Shown here: in pieces, positions 1 through 9,252 of the stretch | Numbering within the stretch: the stretch's first letter is position 1 | Layout: every line of letters starts with the position of its first letter | IMG/VR virus record: IMGVR_UViG_3300020043_002456 | Coordinates: 1-35,486 of that record | From: a virus | Taxonomy: Duplodnaviria; Caudoviricetes | Length of the DNA stretch: 35,486 nt | Direction: 5' to 3' (one strand) | Notes under the pieces: generated by a model | What the model was told of the DNA's origin: nothing | What the model saw: only the letters and a program-made list of their open reading frames with translations | The model's database searches: none | Program-made: the position numbers and the translations under genes

Positions 1-780
1 ACCTACATCAACCCTTACCTCTGTTGTTACCCACTTGATGAGGTACGTTCCTTGGCGCTCTGTGAACTTCCAACTGTCAACAATGGCATAATCACCGGGT
101 ATCATTTTCGGCTCTAAAAACGTTTTGAAACTGCCATAATAACCTGTGTAATTCGCTTGCTCTAAAAACGAATTGCACTTAACATCCAAATCGGCCTTCG
201 TTCCACCATATTGAAACACCGTGCGAATATCACCTGTGGGGTCGCCATAGGTAAACTCCTCACGGTCATTGTTTTTAATCAATATGCCTTTGACTTGGAC
301 TTTAACATCATCCTTTTTTAGATAGGTTAACTCCATGCCATCGTATATCATTTTCTCAAACAAAAAAACTGCGGATTGCGCTGTATCTTTATAGAATGGC
401 AACCCGACCTTTAACACGCCATCAACAAAGAATGAATATAAACCGTATTGGTCACGTAATACTTGCAACACCTTGCCGATGCTCGCCCCTTGTAACCGTA
501 TCTGCCCTAATTCAGCATTGATGGCTTTAAATGGTGTTGAGGTGTTTTCAAGCATCTTGGCAATAAACGTGCGCAAATTAACCGACTTAAAAGTTAAGTT
601 CGGTGCTATGGCCTGCTTCAATAAAAACATTTCATCTTCGCACAATAATTCGATAGGTACGTTGTTGTTAATCTTTGCAATGTAACCTGTGAATATAACT
701 GTTTCATTTGGGTAATATGCGCCAATGATTGTAACCTTATCGCCCCTGCGCATCAATGCGTTTGCGCCCTCGTAAATGTT
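1..780. repeat. Left copy of imperfect terminal direct repeat (pairs with 34707-35486)
   Basis: Ungapped alignment to 34707-35486; hand count about 65 mismatches in 780 nt (about 92%), about 50 at third codon positions of the minus-strand ORF. Confidence 0.95.
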
Positions 781-945
781 CTTGCTGTTGTATATCACAT
801 TACGCGGTAACGTGATTGATGCCGTTTGTGTTTGCTTGTCAAATGAGCGTGTTACCGTTACCTTGTTGACCTTATCAAAGATAAACGTTTGATTGCGGCC
901 ATTGCCCTGCTGTTCTAATATTATACGGCAAACTATTCTAAACAT
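1..945 (-). CDS. Baseplate hub / late control D-like protein (5' part, runs off left end)
   Basis: ATG at 945 overlapping the stop of the upstream gene; MFRIVCRIILEQQGNGRNQ...ALMRRGDKVTIIGAYYPN continues in frame with the protein at 34668-35459; position after tape measure/DUF6046-like gene. Confidence 0.7.
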   Translation of the reverse strand, partial: MFRIVCRIILEQQGNGRNQTFIFDKVNKVTVTRSFDKQTQTASITLPRNVIYNSKNIYEGANALMRRGDKVTIIGAYYPNETVIFTGYIAKINNNVPIELLCEDEMFLLKQAIAPNLTFKSVNLRTFIAKMLENTSTPFKAINAELGQIRLQGASIGKVLQVLRDQYGLYSFFVDGVLKVGLPFYKDTAQSAVFLFEKMIYDGMELTYLKKDDVKVQVKGILIKNNDREEFTYGDPTGDIRTVFQYGGTKADLDVKCNSFLEQANYTGYYGSFKTFLEPKMIPGDYAIVDSWKFTERQGTYLIKWVTTEVRVDVG

Positions 946-1627
946 TCTTTTTTTCGGCTATGGTGTAATCAACTGTACTTGAACAGTTAAGTTGAAAGTA
1001 TTGCACATTACGCATCCCTTGTTGCTGTTGCATGTTTAAGCTATCAACAACTATTTTGTTTACCCCTAATATCTCATTCAAAAATCTTGATGTTACATTC
1101 AATGCCACAGGAGCCGATGCGTATGCCTTAATCAACCTCGCTTCAACATCGGGATATTCATCGGGGTTTTGTGTAGCCACGTAGCCACGTATAGTCAAGT
1201 CAATATCACCTTGTCCGATATACTCCTTAACCGTTCCAACGTGGTCGATTAATTCTGTTTTAATGATATTCTTTACAATAGTTGCATCAATAATAACACC
1301 GTTAAGAAATAGGCCAATAGTGCTATCTGGCGTGTCATTAGTTATGGCCTGCCCTGCGGGTTTATTATAGTCAAGTATGTTAACAGTTTCAACATATTGG
1401 TTTGTAAACTCATTAAACTCGTATGTAGTATAATTAGGCCTTTCAATGAATAGCGTATCGTAAACAGGTGTGCCCAATAAACTTGTTGCATCTGGTGGGT
1501 CTGTTTTAATATTGAAATTCCTTGCTTCAACTATCGCACGTTGCACCAATGGAAGTCCAAAACCCTTTGATAAGGTACGAAAATTTGTCTTTGCTGCCGG
1601 TGATGGTATGTAAAACTTTAAACTCAT
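938..1627 (-). CDS. Tail tube initiator-like protein (DUF6046-like)
   Basis: KNIIKTELIDHVGTVKEYIGQGDIDLTIRG motif; lies between tape measure and hub genes. Confidence 0.6.
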   Translation of the reverse strand: MSLKFYIPSPAAKTNFRTLSKGFGLPLVQRAIVEARNFNIKTDPPDATSLLGTPVYDTLFIERPNYTTYEFNEFTNQYVETVNILDYNKPAGQAITNDTPDSTIGLFLNGVIIDATIVKNIIKTELIDHVGTVKEYIGQGDIDLTIRGYVATQNPDEYPDVEARLIKAYASAPVALNVTSRFLNEILGVNKIVVDSLNMQQQQGMRNVQYFQLNCSSTVDYTIAEKKNV

Positions 1628-3033
1628 TTTGTTGCCATAAGTTGGAAGTCATTAACCGCTTCGATTAACGCTTGTGTTATTGTTTCTTTGATTTGTGTTG
1701 CACCCTCTTTGATGTTGGTAGTGTTCAACACAATATTGCCAAACTCTTTGATTGATATGTTGAAGTTTTGCACTCCCCTACTTTCAACAACGGATGTCGA
1801 AGTGCCGCCTTTGGCTTTGGGAGCGGTTGCGCTTGTTTTAGCAGCATTGGCGGTATTGCCGCCTGCCATTGGGTTAAGTGCTTTGTTAGCAGCACCAACA
1901 CCACTTTCGGCTGATTTGTTTAACTTATCATAAGCATACTTGGCGGCCATTACGCCTGTTGCCAATGCTGCTGCTCCTGCGGCTGCAACGGCAAACAAAC
2001 CAACACCTGTTAAACCCGCAAAGAAAGCCGATGCGGTATTTAGCAACCATTGTGCAACGGTTACCCCATCCAATGCGGCTGCTAATGACCAAATGCCCCA
2101 AATGAATTTAGCACCCGAATAAATAGCTGCTATTTTCATGTATGAATTGTAAATAAATATAGCACCTGCAAGTGCTGTAAATGAGCCAACTAAAAACGAT
2201 ATAGCAACTGCATGTTCTTTAACAAAATTAGTAAGTGAACGTATTGCATCAATTACGGTAAGTATAACAGGCATTAATAATTCACCAAGTGTTAACTTGA
2301 TTTCTAAAAATGCGTTGTTCATTCGGTTTAAATTAGCACTTAAACTTTCACTTGCTGCGCTCATACCGCCTGCAAATTCTAACTTTAATTGCGCTGCAAA
2401 CTTTGGCAAAAAATCTTCACTCATTAATTTGCCTTGGCTCATAAACTTATCTAATTCGCTTGTAGTCATTCCCATTGCTCTTGCTGCAATTTGAAAAGCA
2501 CCTGGTATTCTTTCACCTAATTGCCCACGTAATTCTTCTGCTTGTACTTTGCCCTTAGATAGCATTTGTTCTAATGCCCTAAATGCGCCCTCTGATTGCT
2601 CTGCTGTTAAGTGCATGACAGTTGATGCCATACCAACGCCTTCAAATATATCACGTAACTTTTGCCCCTCAATTGATGTACCTCTTGCCGCCCCACTAAA
2701 CTTTGCAAACGCTGTGGCTGCAACATTAAAATCCAACCCCATTTCTTGCGAAGTTTTACGCAAGTAATTAAAATCTCTTGCCCCTTGTTCGGCTGAACCA
2801 CTCGCAAAGTTTAATTGATTTTGCAACCCTTCCATTGCGGCTGTGGTGCTTATTATCTCTTTTATCCCAAGTCCAACGCCAATAGCAGCAAGTGCTGTTT
2901 TTAGCCCGATTGCCGACTTTTGAGCCATGCCCATAGCACCGTTTAACTTTTCAGTGTTAGTAGTCGCACTCTTAATACCACTGCTAAACTTATCCTTTAA
3001 ACTTAATATGTATTCAACTGAATTGTTGCTCAT
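1624..3033 (-). CDS. Tape measure protein (short, 469 aa)
   Basis: QMLSKGKVQAEELRGQLGERIPGA tape-measure N-terminal motif, Ala/Gly-rich helical, hydrophobic segments; follows tail chaperone. Confidence 0.9.
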   Translation of the reverse strand: MSNNSVEYILSLKDKFSSGIKSATTNTEKLNGAMGMAQKSAIGLKTALAAIGVGLGIKEIISTTAAMEGLQNQLNFASGSAEQGARDFNYLRKTSQEMGLDFNVAATAFAKFSGAARGTSIEGQKLRDIFEGVGMASTVMHLTAEQSEGAFRALEQMLSKGKVQAEELRGQLGERIPGAFQIAARAMGMTTSELDKFMSQGKLMSEDFLPKFAAQLKLEFAGGMSAASESLSANLNRMNNAFLEIKLTLGELLMPVILTVIDAIRSLTNFVKEHAVAISFLVGSFTALAGAIFIYNSYMKIAAIYSGAKFIWGIWSLAAALDGVTVAQWLLNTASAFFAGLTGVGLFAVAAAGAAALATGVMAAKYAYDKLNKSAESGVGAANKALNPMAGGNTANAAKTSATAPKAKGGTSTSVVESRGVQNFNISIKEFGNIVLNTTNIKEGATQIKETITQALIEAVNDFQLMATK

Positions 3034-3205
3034 TTCTTTTCTTGAATTGTACCATTAAACTTTAATACAAACATAATTTCCTCAAAGCGCATTGCCCATT
3101 CATCATCCGTTAACGTGTCGGGGTCGACTTCTAAATAAAAACGGATGAGTGCATTTTGACGCGCAAACTCATCCGTTTCCAATAACTTTTTTGCGGTGTC
3201 TAATT
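3030..3205 (-). CDS. -1 frameshift extension of tail assembly chaperone (gpGT-like)
   Basis: Slippery A AAA AAA at 3212-3206; -1 frame open (KLDTAKKLLETDEFARQNALIRFYLEVDPDTLTDDEWAMRFEE...QEKK) to a TGA overlapping the tape measure ATG. Confidence 0.85.
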
Positions 3206-3502
3206 TTTTTTTAATTCACCTGCTTCCGATGTCAACATGGGTAAGATTGTCATTGCTGCGCTGCGTAACGCTTTAAAGTCATTGATGATAGCGTTAACAT
3301 CGCCCTCAACGCAAAGTGTTCTTAAAAAAGACTCCACGCCCATCAATTCATCTTTGGCAATTAAACCGCTAACGGTTTTGTAAGCAATCCTATCCATTTC
3401 ACGTAAGTAAACCGTGATGGGTGCGCCTTGCCTGTTGTTTACGGTTAAGGTGTAGATTTCAACACCTGGATACTTTGATTTTAATTCTTCAATATTTGTC
3501 AT
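3200..3502 (-). CDS. Tail assembly chaperone (gpG-like)
   Basis: 100 aa ORF between tube and tape measure genes ending ELKKN on a poly-A slippery run. Confidence 0.8.
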   Translation of the reverse strand: MTNIEELKSKYPGVEIYTLTVNNRQGAPITVYLREMDRIAYKTVSGLIAKDELMGVESFLRTLCVEGDVNAIINDFKALRSAAMTILPMLTSEAGELKKN

Positions 3503-3524
3503 TTGTTTATTGATTTGGTTTGCG

Positions 3525-3532
3525 CAAATTTA
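3525..3532 (-). promoter_or_regulatory. Bacteroidota-type -7 promoter box TAAATTTG
   Basis: Matches TAnnTTTG, about 22 nt upstream of chaperone ATG. Confidence 0.5.
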
Positions 3533-3961
3533 CTAAACAAATTCGATATGTGAAACAATTAAATCTAATTCCATTGGTATTGAAGTGTCACCTGTTGCCG
3601 AAGCAATCATGTTTTTCATAAATCTGCAATTGCGGATCTTATGGACCACTGGCAACAAGTTAACATCGGTAAAGGTAACAATGATGTCAAATTCGGGAAT
3701 GTCTTGTATGCGGCCATTTGGTGCCGCTGATACAATGTTCATTACCTCATTCATCAATATTGTAACCTTTGCGCTCGGTGTAATTTGACCGTAACCACGC
3801 GATACAGGATAACGCCCTGTTGCATAGATATTTTCGGTAGCATCTTCTTCACCGTATTCGATTGCGGTAACACCTATGATTGGTGTTCCAAGTATGATGC
3901 AAGTAATGTCTGCAAACTCATACGCTTTGCCGTTAATTAACGGAAGTCCATTTTGTGCCAT
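3533..3961 (-). CDS. Tail tube protein
   Basis: LINGKAYEFADI N-terminus, GRYPVSRGYG motif; 142 aa directly after sheath. Confidence 0.8.
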   Translation of the reverse strand: MAQNGLPLINGKAYEFADITCIILGTPIIGVTAIEYGEEDATENIYATGRYPVSRGYGQITPSAKVTILMNEVMNIVSAAPNGRIQDIPEFDIIVTFTDVNLLPVVHKIRNCRFMKNMIASATGDTSIPMELDLIVSHIEFV

Positions 3962-3965
3962 GTTT

Positions 3966-5513
3966 TTATACTGATTTTACAAATCCAACATTAATTTTAA
4001 TAATTCTTGCAACGCCCAATGGTACATTCTGCAATGTTAATTCCAATGTGCTTGTTGCAAGTACATCCTGCGCAGGATTGATGATAACTTTATGCGCTGA
4101 TAACTCGCCATCGGCTTCCATCTGTACCAATGGGTTATTCGCCAATGTTTCAAAGTACCCTATTGTAGCTGCGGTCAACGTGCCATCTGCATTCACTTTT
4201 AATGGTGAACTTAAAGCAGGTAACATATTGGCACGAACTACACGTGTAATCTTTTGGTAAACACGGTTATTCTCAATAGTTGCATAGTCACTTGTAGGTG
4301 ATACAGTTGTTTTGCTATCGCTCCAATAACTGCCCGTGATGCCTGTTAGCTTGCGCAAGAACACATAAGAGTAATTGTTTAAACTCTCAAATTGACTATC
4401 TGCAAGGGCTGTGTAAACTTCACCGTTGCTGAATGCAATCGTGTCTAACTCTGCACCCAAAGCCATGTTAAACTTGCTCACCCATGCGATTGACTCGCTT
4501 ACAACTGCTAATGAAACAGCACCTAACATTGCACCGATAGCGCCCACTGATTTGTTAGTTGCTTTGTAGATATAATATCCGTTGTTTGCGCCATCCTGTG
4601 CAATACATACCGATACATTTGGAGCAGTTGAGGTAGATAGGTCAACCAATGTTGCCACGCTTGCTGTTGCGCTGATTTCAGCATTCAACATGATTTGCAA
4701 CGGCTTGTAAACGGCTTCGTTAGCGTTTGAGATTGCTTGTAATGCCGATAGTTGAGCGGTGCTAAATGCAACGTTTTTCTCAAATACTGAAATCTGCTTA
4801 ATTGAGCCACTTGCGTAATTCTGCATTGATGTTATTGCAGCAAAGGTATAAGTAGCTTCCTCAACGTATAAACCAACGTACAACTCACCTTTTGGCTGAA
4901 TTCTAAAATACTCGCTAATGTGGTAGTAAAGCGTGTCAATCCATGATGCAATACCTAATACGGTTGAACCGCTGCCTGTTGGCTGTGTCCATGTAGTTGT
5001 AACACCACCACCTGTTACAGTTGATGCGTAAGGAGTGCCACTGTTTGGAAAAATACCCTCACCTGCTTTGGTTGCAATTAATAAATCGGTAGTTGAACCC
5101 GATGCAATGAAACCATGTGTTTGTGTTCCTGCATTGATTGCCGCCCTTAATGCTGTTGCTGCGGTTGTCGCACTTACTGCATCGGCAGTTGTTAATGTAT
5201 AGGTATCAAGCACGGTTTCAACTCCTAAAATGCCTGTATAGGTTATCTTAACGGTGTTGCCTGCTGCAGGTGTTCCACCGATAACCGCCTTTGCAACGGC
5301 TGCCGTTTCGCCCAAGTGATTGCCTGTGATGCCCAAGTTCTCGGCATCTGCTACGGAAAAAATCTTCTTTATTCTGTCGTTTGCTGTGAACCCTGTTGGT
5401 AGTGTTGCACCCGAAGCGTAGTAATGAAGCATCCCGCTGACGTAATCAGTGCCGGGTAACGCTCGGCCTAAACCGCTTGTTGATTTTACAAAATTTATAT
5501 TTGGTAATGCCAT
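3966..5513 (-). CDS. Contractile tail sheath protein (DUF2586-like)
   Basis: MALPNINFVKSTSGLGR start, SDYATIENNRV and VPLGVARIIKINVGF sheath-like C-terminus. Confidence 0.85.
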   Translation of the reverse strand: MALPNINFVKSTSGLGRALPGTDYVSGMLHYYASGATLPTGFTANDRIKKIFSVADAENLGITGNHLGETAAVAKAVIGGTPAAGNTVKITYTGILGVETVLDTYTLTTADAVSATTAATALRAAINAGTQTHGFIASGSTTDLLIATKAGEGIFPNSGTPYASTVTGGGVTTTWTQPTGSGSTVLGIASWIDTLYYHISEYFRIQPKGELYVGLYVEEATYTFAAITSMQNYASGSIKQISVFEKNVAFSTAQLSALQAISNANEAVYKPLQIMLNAEISATASVATLVDLSTSTAPNVSVCIAQDGANNGYYIYKATNKSVGAIGAMLGAVSLAVVSESIAWVSKFNMALGAELDTIAFSNGEVYTALADSQFESLNNYSYVFLRKLTGITGSYWSDSKTTVSPTSDYATIENNRVYQKITRVVRANMLPALSSPLKVNADGTLTAATIGYFETLANNPLVQMEADGELSAHKVIINPAQDVLATSTLELTLQNVPLGVARIIKINVGFVKSV

Positions 5514-5527
5514 TATTATTTGGTATT

Positions 5528-5563
5528 AAAAAAGCCCCACCCATTTGTTGAGCAGGGCTTTTT
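5528..5563 (-). terminator. Rho-independent terminator after major capsid gene
   Basis: AGCCCTGCTCA-ACAAA-TGGGTGGGGCT stem (G:U pairs) followed by T run on the minus strand. Confidence 0.75.
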
Positions 5564-5582
5564 AGTTAAACGATTGATTTTA

Positions 5583-6518
5583 TTAAGATACCCAAGTTTG
5601 AACAAGAGCGGCAACACCTTTCATGTCGGCTCTTAAAATAGCAGAACCTAACATTACTTCCATGTTGAAGATTGAACCTAAATACTCTGGCTTACCGTTA
5701 CCGTTTGAGCCACTATCGTACAATGGGTTCATGCTTCCAAGCGCACGAGCAACAGTTGTTGAATGGAATGCGATGCAAGCCAAGTTATCAGAGGTTGCAG
5801 TTGCAGCACCGAATGCCTTTGGTGAAGTTGTGCTGTTTGCGTAAACAGACACCACTGGGCGCATCATAATGTCAAAGCCATACAATTGAGCAACGGTACC
5901 TGTTTGCAATACATTGCCTTGATTTTGGAAGCCATTGTAAGAAGCACGGATAACATCACTGATTTGGAATAACTCCCAAAACATATCAGTTGACATTAAC
6001 AACTTTCTGTTACCGCGTGGTACATTGTCCTTATCAAGTTTAGAAGCCAATGCTGCGATGTCGGCAAGTGCTACCTGTTTACGTGTTCCTGTTGCGCCCG
6101 GTGCTAAAGCAGTTGCAGCAGTTGAACCCGAAGTGCCTACGATGTTAGCAGCACCTGTGGCTGACCAACTGATAGCAACCTCATCACCAATTCTTTGTGT
6201 AAGTGTGCTGATTTGTTGACCAAGTACAGATTGACGCTTATCATAGCTGATTTGTAACTCATCCAAGTTAGTAATCAATGTCGGCTCTAAAGCGAATTGA
6301 TTAAGTGAATAAGTACGGTCTGTATCGGTTCTTTCGCTAATTGTAAGCGGGAACGTTGCAGGGTTCTTTAATACTGTGGGGTTCGCTCCCGATTGAGGAA
6401 CGTGTACAATTCCGAATGCGATATACGCAGAGTGGTCAACGGAGTATGGTAAAAAGTCCGCATTTCTGTTCAATGCTTCTTGAACATCTTGTACCCAAAT
6501 TTCTTTTATTAGTGCCAT
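5583..6518 (-). CDS. Major capsid protein
   Basis: 311 aa, MALIKEIW start, SYDKRQSVL, LDKDNVPRGNRKL, GFDIMMR motifs; downstream of protease/scaffold and followed by terminator. Confidence 0.85.
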   Translation of the reverse strand: MALIKEIWVQDVQEALNRNADFLPYSVDHSAYIAFGIVHVPQSGANPTVLKNPATFPLTISERTDTDRTYSLNQFALEPTLITNLDELQISYDKRQSVLGQQISTLTQRIGDEVAISWSATGAANIVGTSGSTAATALAPGATGTRKQVALADIAALASKLDKDNVPRGNRKLLMSTDMFWELFQISDVIRASYNGFQNQGNVLQTGTVAQLYGFDIMMRPVVSVYANSTTSPKAFGAATATSDNLACIAFHSTTVARALGSMNPLYDSGSNGNGKPEYLGSIFNMEVMLGSAILRADMKGVAALVQTWVS

Positions 6519-6542
6519 TTTATTTTAGTTGTTTTTTAGTTA

Positions 6543-6878
6543 TTAATCAATTTGAATTTTTGCTCCGCTTGGTAAAAACACAGTTCCGTCAAACCAAAAA
6601 GATTGACACCATGTTTTACCTGCAACACCTGTAACAACGGGCGCATCAATGCCTGTTCCAAAGGTAAATGTTTCAGTTGCGGTGGTTTTTACTTTAATGT
6701 GCAATTGTGCGCCTGCTTTCAACTCGCTTGATAAAGTCAAGTCAAGTGTGGCATTGCCTGTAAGTGTTGTTAACGAAGATACAACGGTTTCGTTGTTGCT
6801 GATGGTTGCGGCTGTTGTGCCGGTTGCAGCAATCGTTAACGTGCCTGCTGCGCCAAATGGGTTGTTAATAGTTGCCAT
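6543..6878 (-). CDS. Putative head decoration protein
   Basis: Thr/Ala-rich beta-type 111 aa protein directly upstream of capsid gene. Confidence 0.45.
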   Translation of the reverse strand: MATINNPFGAAGTLTIAATGTTAATISNNETVVSSLTTLTGNATLDLTLSSELKAGAQLHIKVKTTATETFTFGTGIDAPVVTGVAGKTWCQSFWFDGTVFLPSGAKIQID

Positions 6879-6880
6879 TG

Positions 6881-7072
6881 TTATTTATTTGATTTTTTAG
6901 TTGGTTTAGTTTCGATTTGTTCTTCACCCTCTGTCGGTCTGCTCACTTGCTTGTAAGTTGCACCTGTTGTCTTTGCGTAACTTGCTGCATCACCATGTTT
7001 TACAAAGCAGTTGCCATCTTCAAAGCAGAATATCGTGTTGATGTTCGGGTTTGCGTTCCAAATTGCTTCCAT
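6881..7072 (-). CDS. Hypothetical protein (head module)
   Basis: 63 aa ORF tightly packed between protease and decoration genes. Confidence 0.6.
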   Translation of the reverse strand: MEAIWNANPNINTIFCFEDGNCFVKHGDAASYAKTTGATYKQVSRPTEGEEQIETKPTKKSNK

Positions 7073-7074
7073 GA

Positions 7075-8181
7075 TTAGAATTTTTTATCGGTTGCAGGGT
7101 TATAATTCGGTGATAAGTTGCTTGGTAACTTGCTGATTAAAGCACTGAAAGCAACTGCATCGTTTTCTTTCATCTCCAAAAGTCCTTTCGGGTCATTCTT
7201 TGACCAATCATTGAATGTCCAATTCTCACGACCAACAACCGCTTCGGGTTTCTTTGCGTTGTCAAATATCGGAGTGTATGCAGGTTTCAATTTGCCAATA
7301 AGGTCTTTCAACTCTGCATTTGACTTGTTGCTTGTCAAGTAAATTTCTTTGGTTGCAGCATCAATCTTGCCCTCTTTAACAGCGTTCTCGATTAGTTCCG
7401 CTTTGATAGCGTTTTCGGCTTCTGTGGCGGCTTCTTTTAATGCGTTCAACTCTGCTGTTTGCGCTTCAATGCTTGCTTCTAATTCAGCAATCTTTGCATC
7501 TTTAGCCGATACTGCTTCAATGATAGCTTCTTCTGATGCTTCATTGGTTAGCTTTAATAAATCAGTTAATTTATTCATTTTGGTTTCTGTTTTGATTATT
7601 ACTTTATTGTAGATCGCATGCAATTCACGCACAGTTGCGTTCATCGCTGGCTTTATTTTCTTTGTTTGTATAATTTCATCAACAATGCCTAAACTCATAC
7701 ATTCATCGGCAGTCATCCATGTTTCTTTTGCCATCAAATCTTTGCACTTATCAAGTGTGAGGTAGGTATTGCGCTCAAATATCTTTGCTAAACTGTTGGT
7801 GATTAAACCTAACACTTCTTCATCACTGCCACCGTTAGCGTTGTGCATCATAAACGTACCGTAATCGGCCATGTATTTCTTTTGTCCACAAATAGCAATC
7901 ACACCCGCCATTGAATAAGCCATGCCATCAATGTATGTGTTTACAGGTATCTTTGAATTTAGTATTGCACTCACAATAGAAAGTCCATCGGCAACACTTC
8001 CACCAATTGAATTGATGCGTACATTGATGCACTTTACTTGCTCTGCATAGTTATCATTTAAGTATTGAATATCCTCAGCTATCCAAGCACCGTTGATGCC
8101 CATGCCCATATCGTCAATGTCACCAATATGCTTATAGATAAGCATCGTTGCCGTGTCGTTAGATATGTTTGTGATTTTCAT
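7075..8181 (-). CDS. ClpP-type prohead protease fused to scaffold
   Basis: INSIGGSV, DGMAYSMAGVI (Ser), FMMHN (His), ETWMTADEC...GIVDEI ClpP motifs; C-terminal coiled coil from MNKLTDLLKL. Confidence 0.9.
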   Translation of the reverse strand: MKITNISNDTATMLIYKHIGDIDDMGMGINGAWIAEDIQYLNDNYAEQVKCINVRINSIGGSVADGLSIVSAILNSKIPVNTYIDGMAYSMAGVIAICGQKKYMADYGTFMMHNANGGSDEEVLGLITNSLAKIFERNTYLTLDKCKDLMAKETWMTADECMSLGIVDEIIQTKKIKPAMNATVRELHAIYNKVIIKTETKMNKLTDLLKLTNEASEEAIIEAVSAKDAKIAELEASIEAQTAELNALKEAATEAENAIKAELIENAVKEGKIDAATKEIYLTSNKSNAELKDLIGKLKPAYTPIFDNAKKPEAVVGRENWTFNDWSKNDPKGLLEMKENDAVAFSALISKLPSNLSPNYNPATDKKF

Positions 8182-8221
8182 ATTGCAAAAGTGGTAACAT
8201 ATTTAGGGTTTAATCCAAATA

Positions 8222-8250
8222 AGTTACTAATTTTGACGTGTTTAGTAACT
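8222..8250 (+). promoter_or_regulatory. Inverted repeat operator overlapping a TAATTTTG -7 box
   Basis: AGTTACTAA-N11-TTAGTAACT; TAATTTTG at 8228-8235; sits in the divergent gap between protease and RHH genes. Confidence 0.55.
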
Positions 8251-8261
8251 AATATCTAACA

Positions 8262-8441
8262 ATGGCTAATCCAAAAAGTGATATAAACACAAAGAAACAA
8301 GCTGCCAAAGCACGCGTTACTGCTCACTTAACAGGCGAATTAAAAAAGAAATTCTTTGATGAAGTGGAACGTACAGGCACTAAAGAGTCATATCTGCTCA
8401 AAGAGATAATCTCGGAGCATTACGGTAAGCATAGGTTTTAA
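8262..8441 (+). CDS. Ribbon-helix-helix-like regulator (59 aa, below ORF-track cutoff)
   Basis: MANPKSDINTKKQAAKARVTAHLTGELKKKFFDEVERTGTKESYLLKEIISEHYGKHRF: strand RVTAHL then two amphipathic helices; fills the gap exactly, own promoter box. Confidence 0.7.
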   Translation: MANPKSDINTKKQAAKARVTAHLTGELKKKFFDEVERTGTKESYLLKEIISEHYGKHRF

Positions 8442-9247
8442 GCTATTTCAGCTATCAACTGCCCTTTAAGGTCTAATGTGTTTGTATATGTTCCGAAAGT
8501 TGAACCTATACGTGTAAAACGCACTGTGTTAGTAGCACCAACCGCTTCAACTAACACCCATTCCGTTGCCCCTGTTGTGTTAAAGTAAGCAAGGTTAAAT
8601 GATGTTTGCTTAAAATTACTTACCCCTGTTACAGTCATTGATAGCGTGTTGTTACTGCCGCCTGTTGATGTGTTGTTGATTTCAAACATTATTGTTACTT
8701 TCTTTGACTCAACTAATATACGCAAATCAACTGAACCTGTGCCTAATGTCCATGCGTTTAAATCACCTGCTAATGTTGGTGAAATTTGGTCAAAGTTGTT
8801 TCTAAAATATAAATCATTGTAATCAAACGTGCCACTACCACTTGCACCACTTGACCAAACTATCTTACGAATTTCATGCACGTTGTTTAATGTGCTGTCG
8901 CTAAATTCAACAGGGTCGGCATCTGTTGCAGTTAAGTATGTTGTTGTTATCGTACCTACTAACACATCACCAAAAGCAACGGTTACTGTTTGAGCATCGC
9001 ATCTAAACACCTCTGCATAAGTATCAAGCATTACAGCGCCTGCACTTATAATGAATGTTGAACCTGAACCTGTGTTGATACACCCATGTAAAGCCATTGG
9101 CTGTGTTCCTGCTCTATCACCTGCCCAATATGATTTGTTTACATCTTGTATTGTTTCAATGTATGCCGCTTGCAAATGGTCTAAACTACCTTTCTTAATA
9201 GGCATTGCACTTGAACTTGTTATGTCTGTTGTTTTTATTTTATTCAT
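8438..9247 (-). CDS. Tail fibre / baseplate-attached protein
   Basis: LDHLQAAY N-terminus, beta-rich Ser/Thr/Gly C-terminus; follows wedge genes. Confidence 0.55.
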   Translation of the reverse strand: MNKIKTTDITSSSAMPIKKGSLDHLQAAYIETIQDVNKSYWAGDRAGTQPMALHGCINTGSGSTFIISAGAVMLDTYAEVFRCDAQTVTVAFGDVLVGTITTTYLTATDADPVEFSDSTLNNVHEIRKIVWSSGASGSGTFDYNDLYFRNNFDQISPTLAGDLNAWTLGTGSVDLRILVESKKVTIMFEINNTSTGGSNNTLSMTVTGVSNFKQTSFNLAYFNTTGATEWVLVEAVGATNTVRFTRIGSTFGTYTNTLDLKGQLIAEIA

Positions 9248-9252
9248 TTTGA

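Noticed and set aside
1-780. Diversity-generating retroelement TR/VR pair
   Set aside because: Differences are mostly synonymous third positions, not adenine-specific, and no reverse transcriptase is present
938-5513. Tailocin or extracellular contractile injection system
   Set aside because: Capsid, portal, terminase and replication genes are present, so this is a phage
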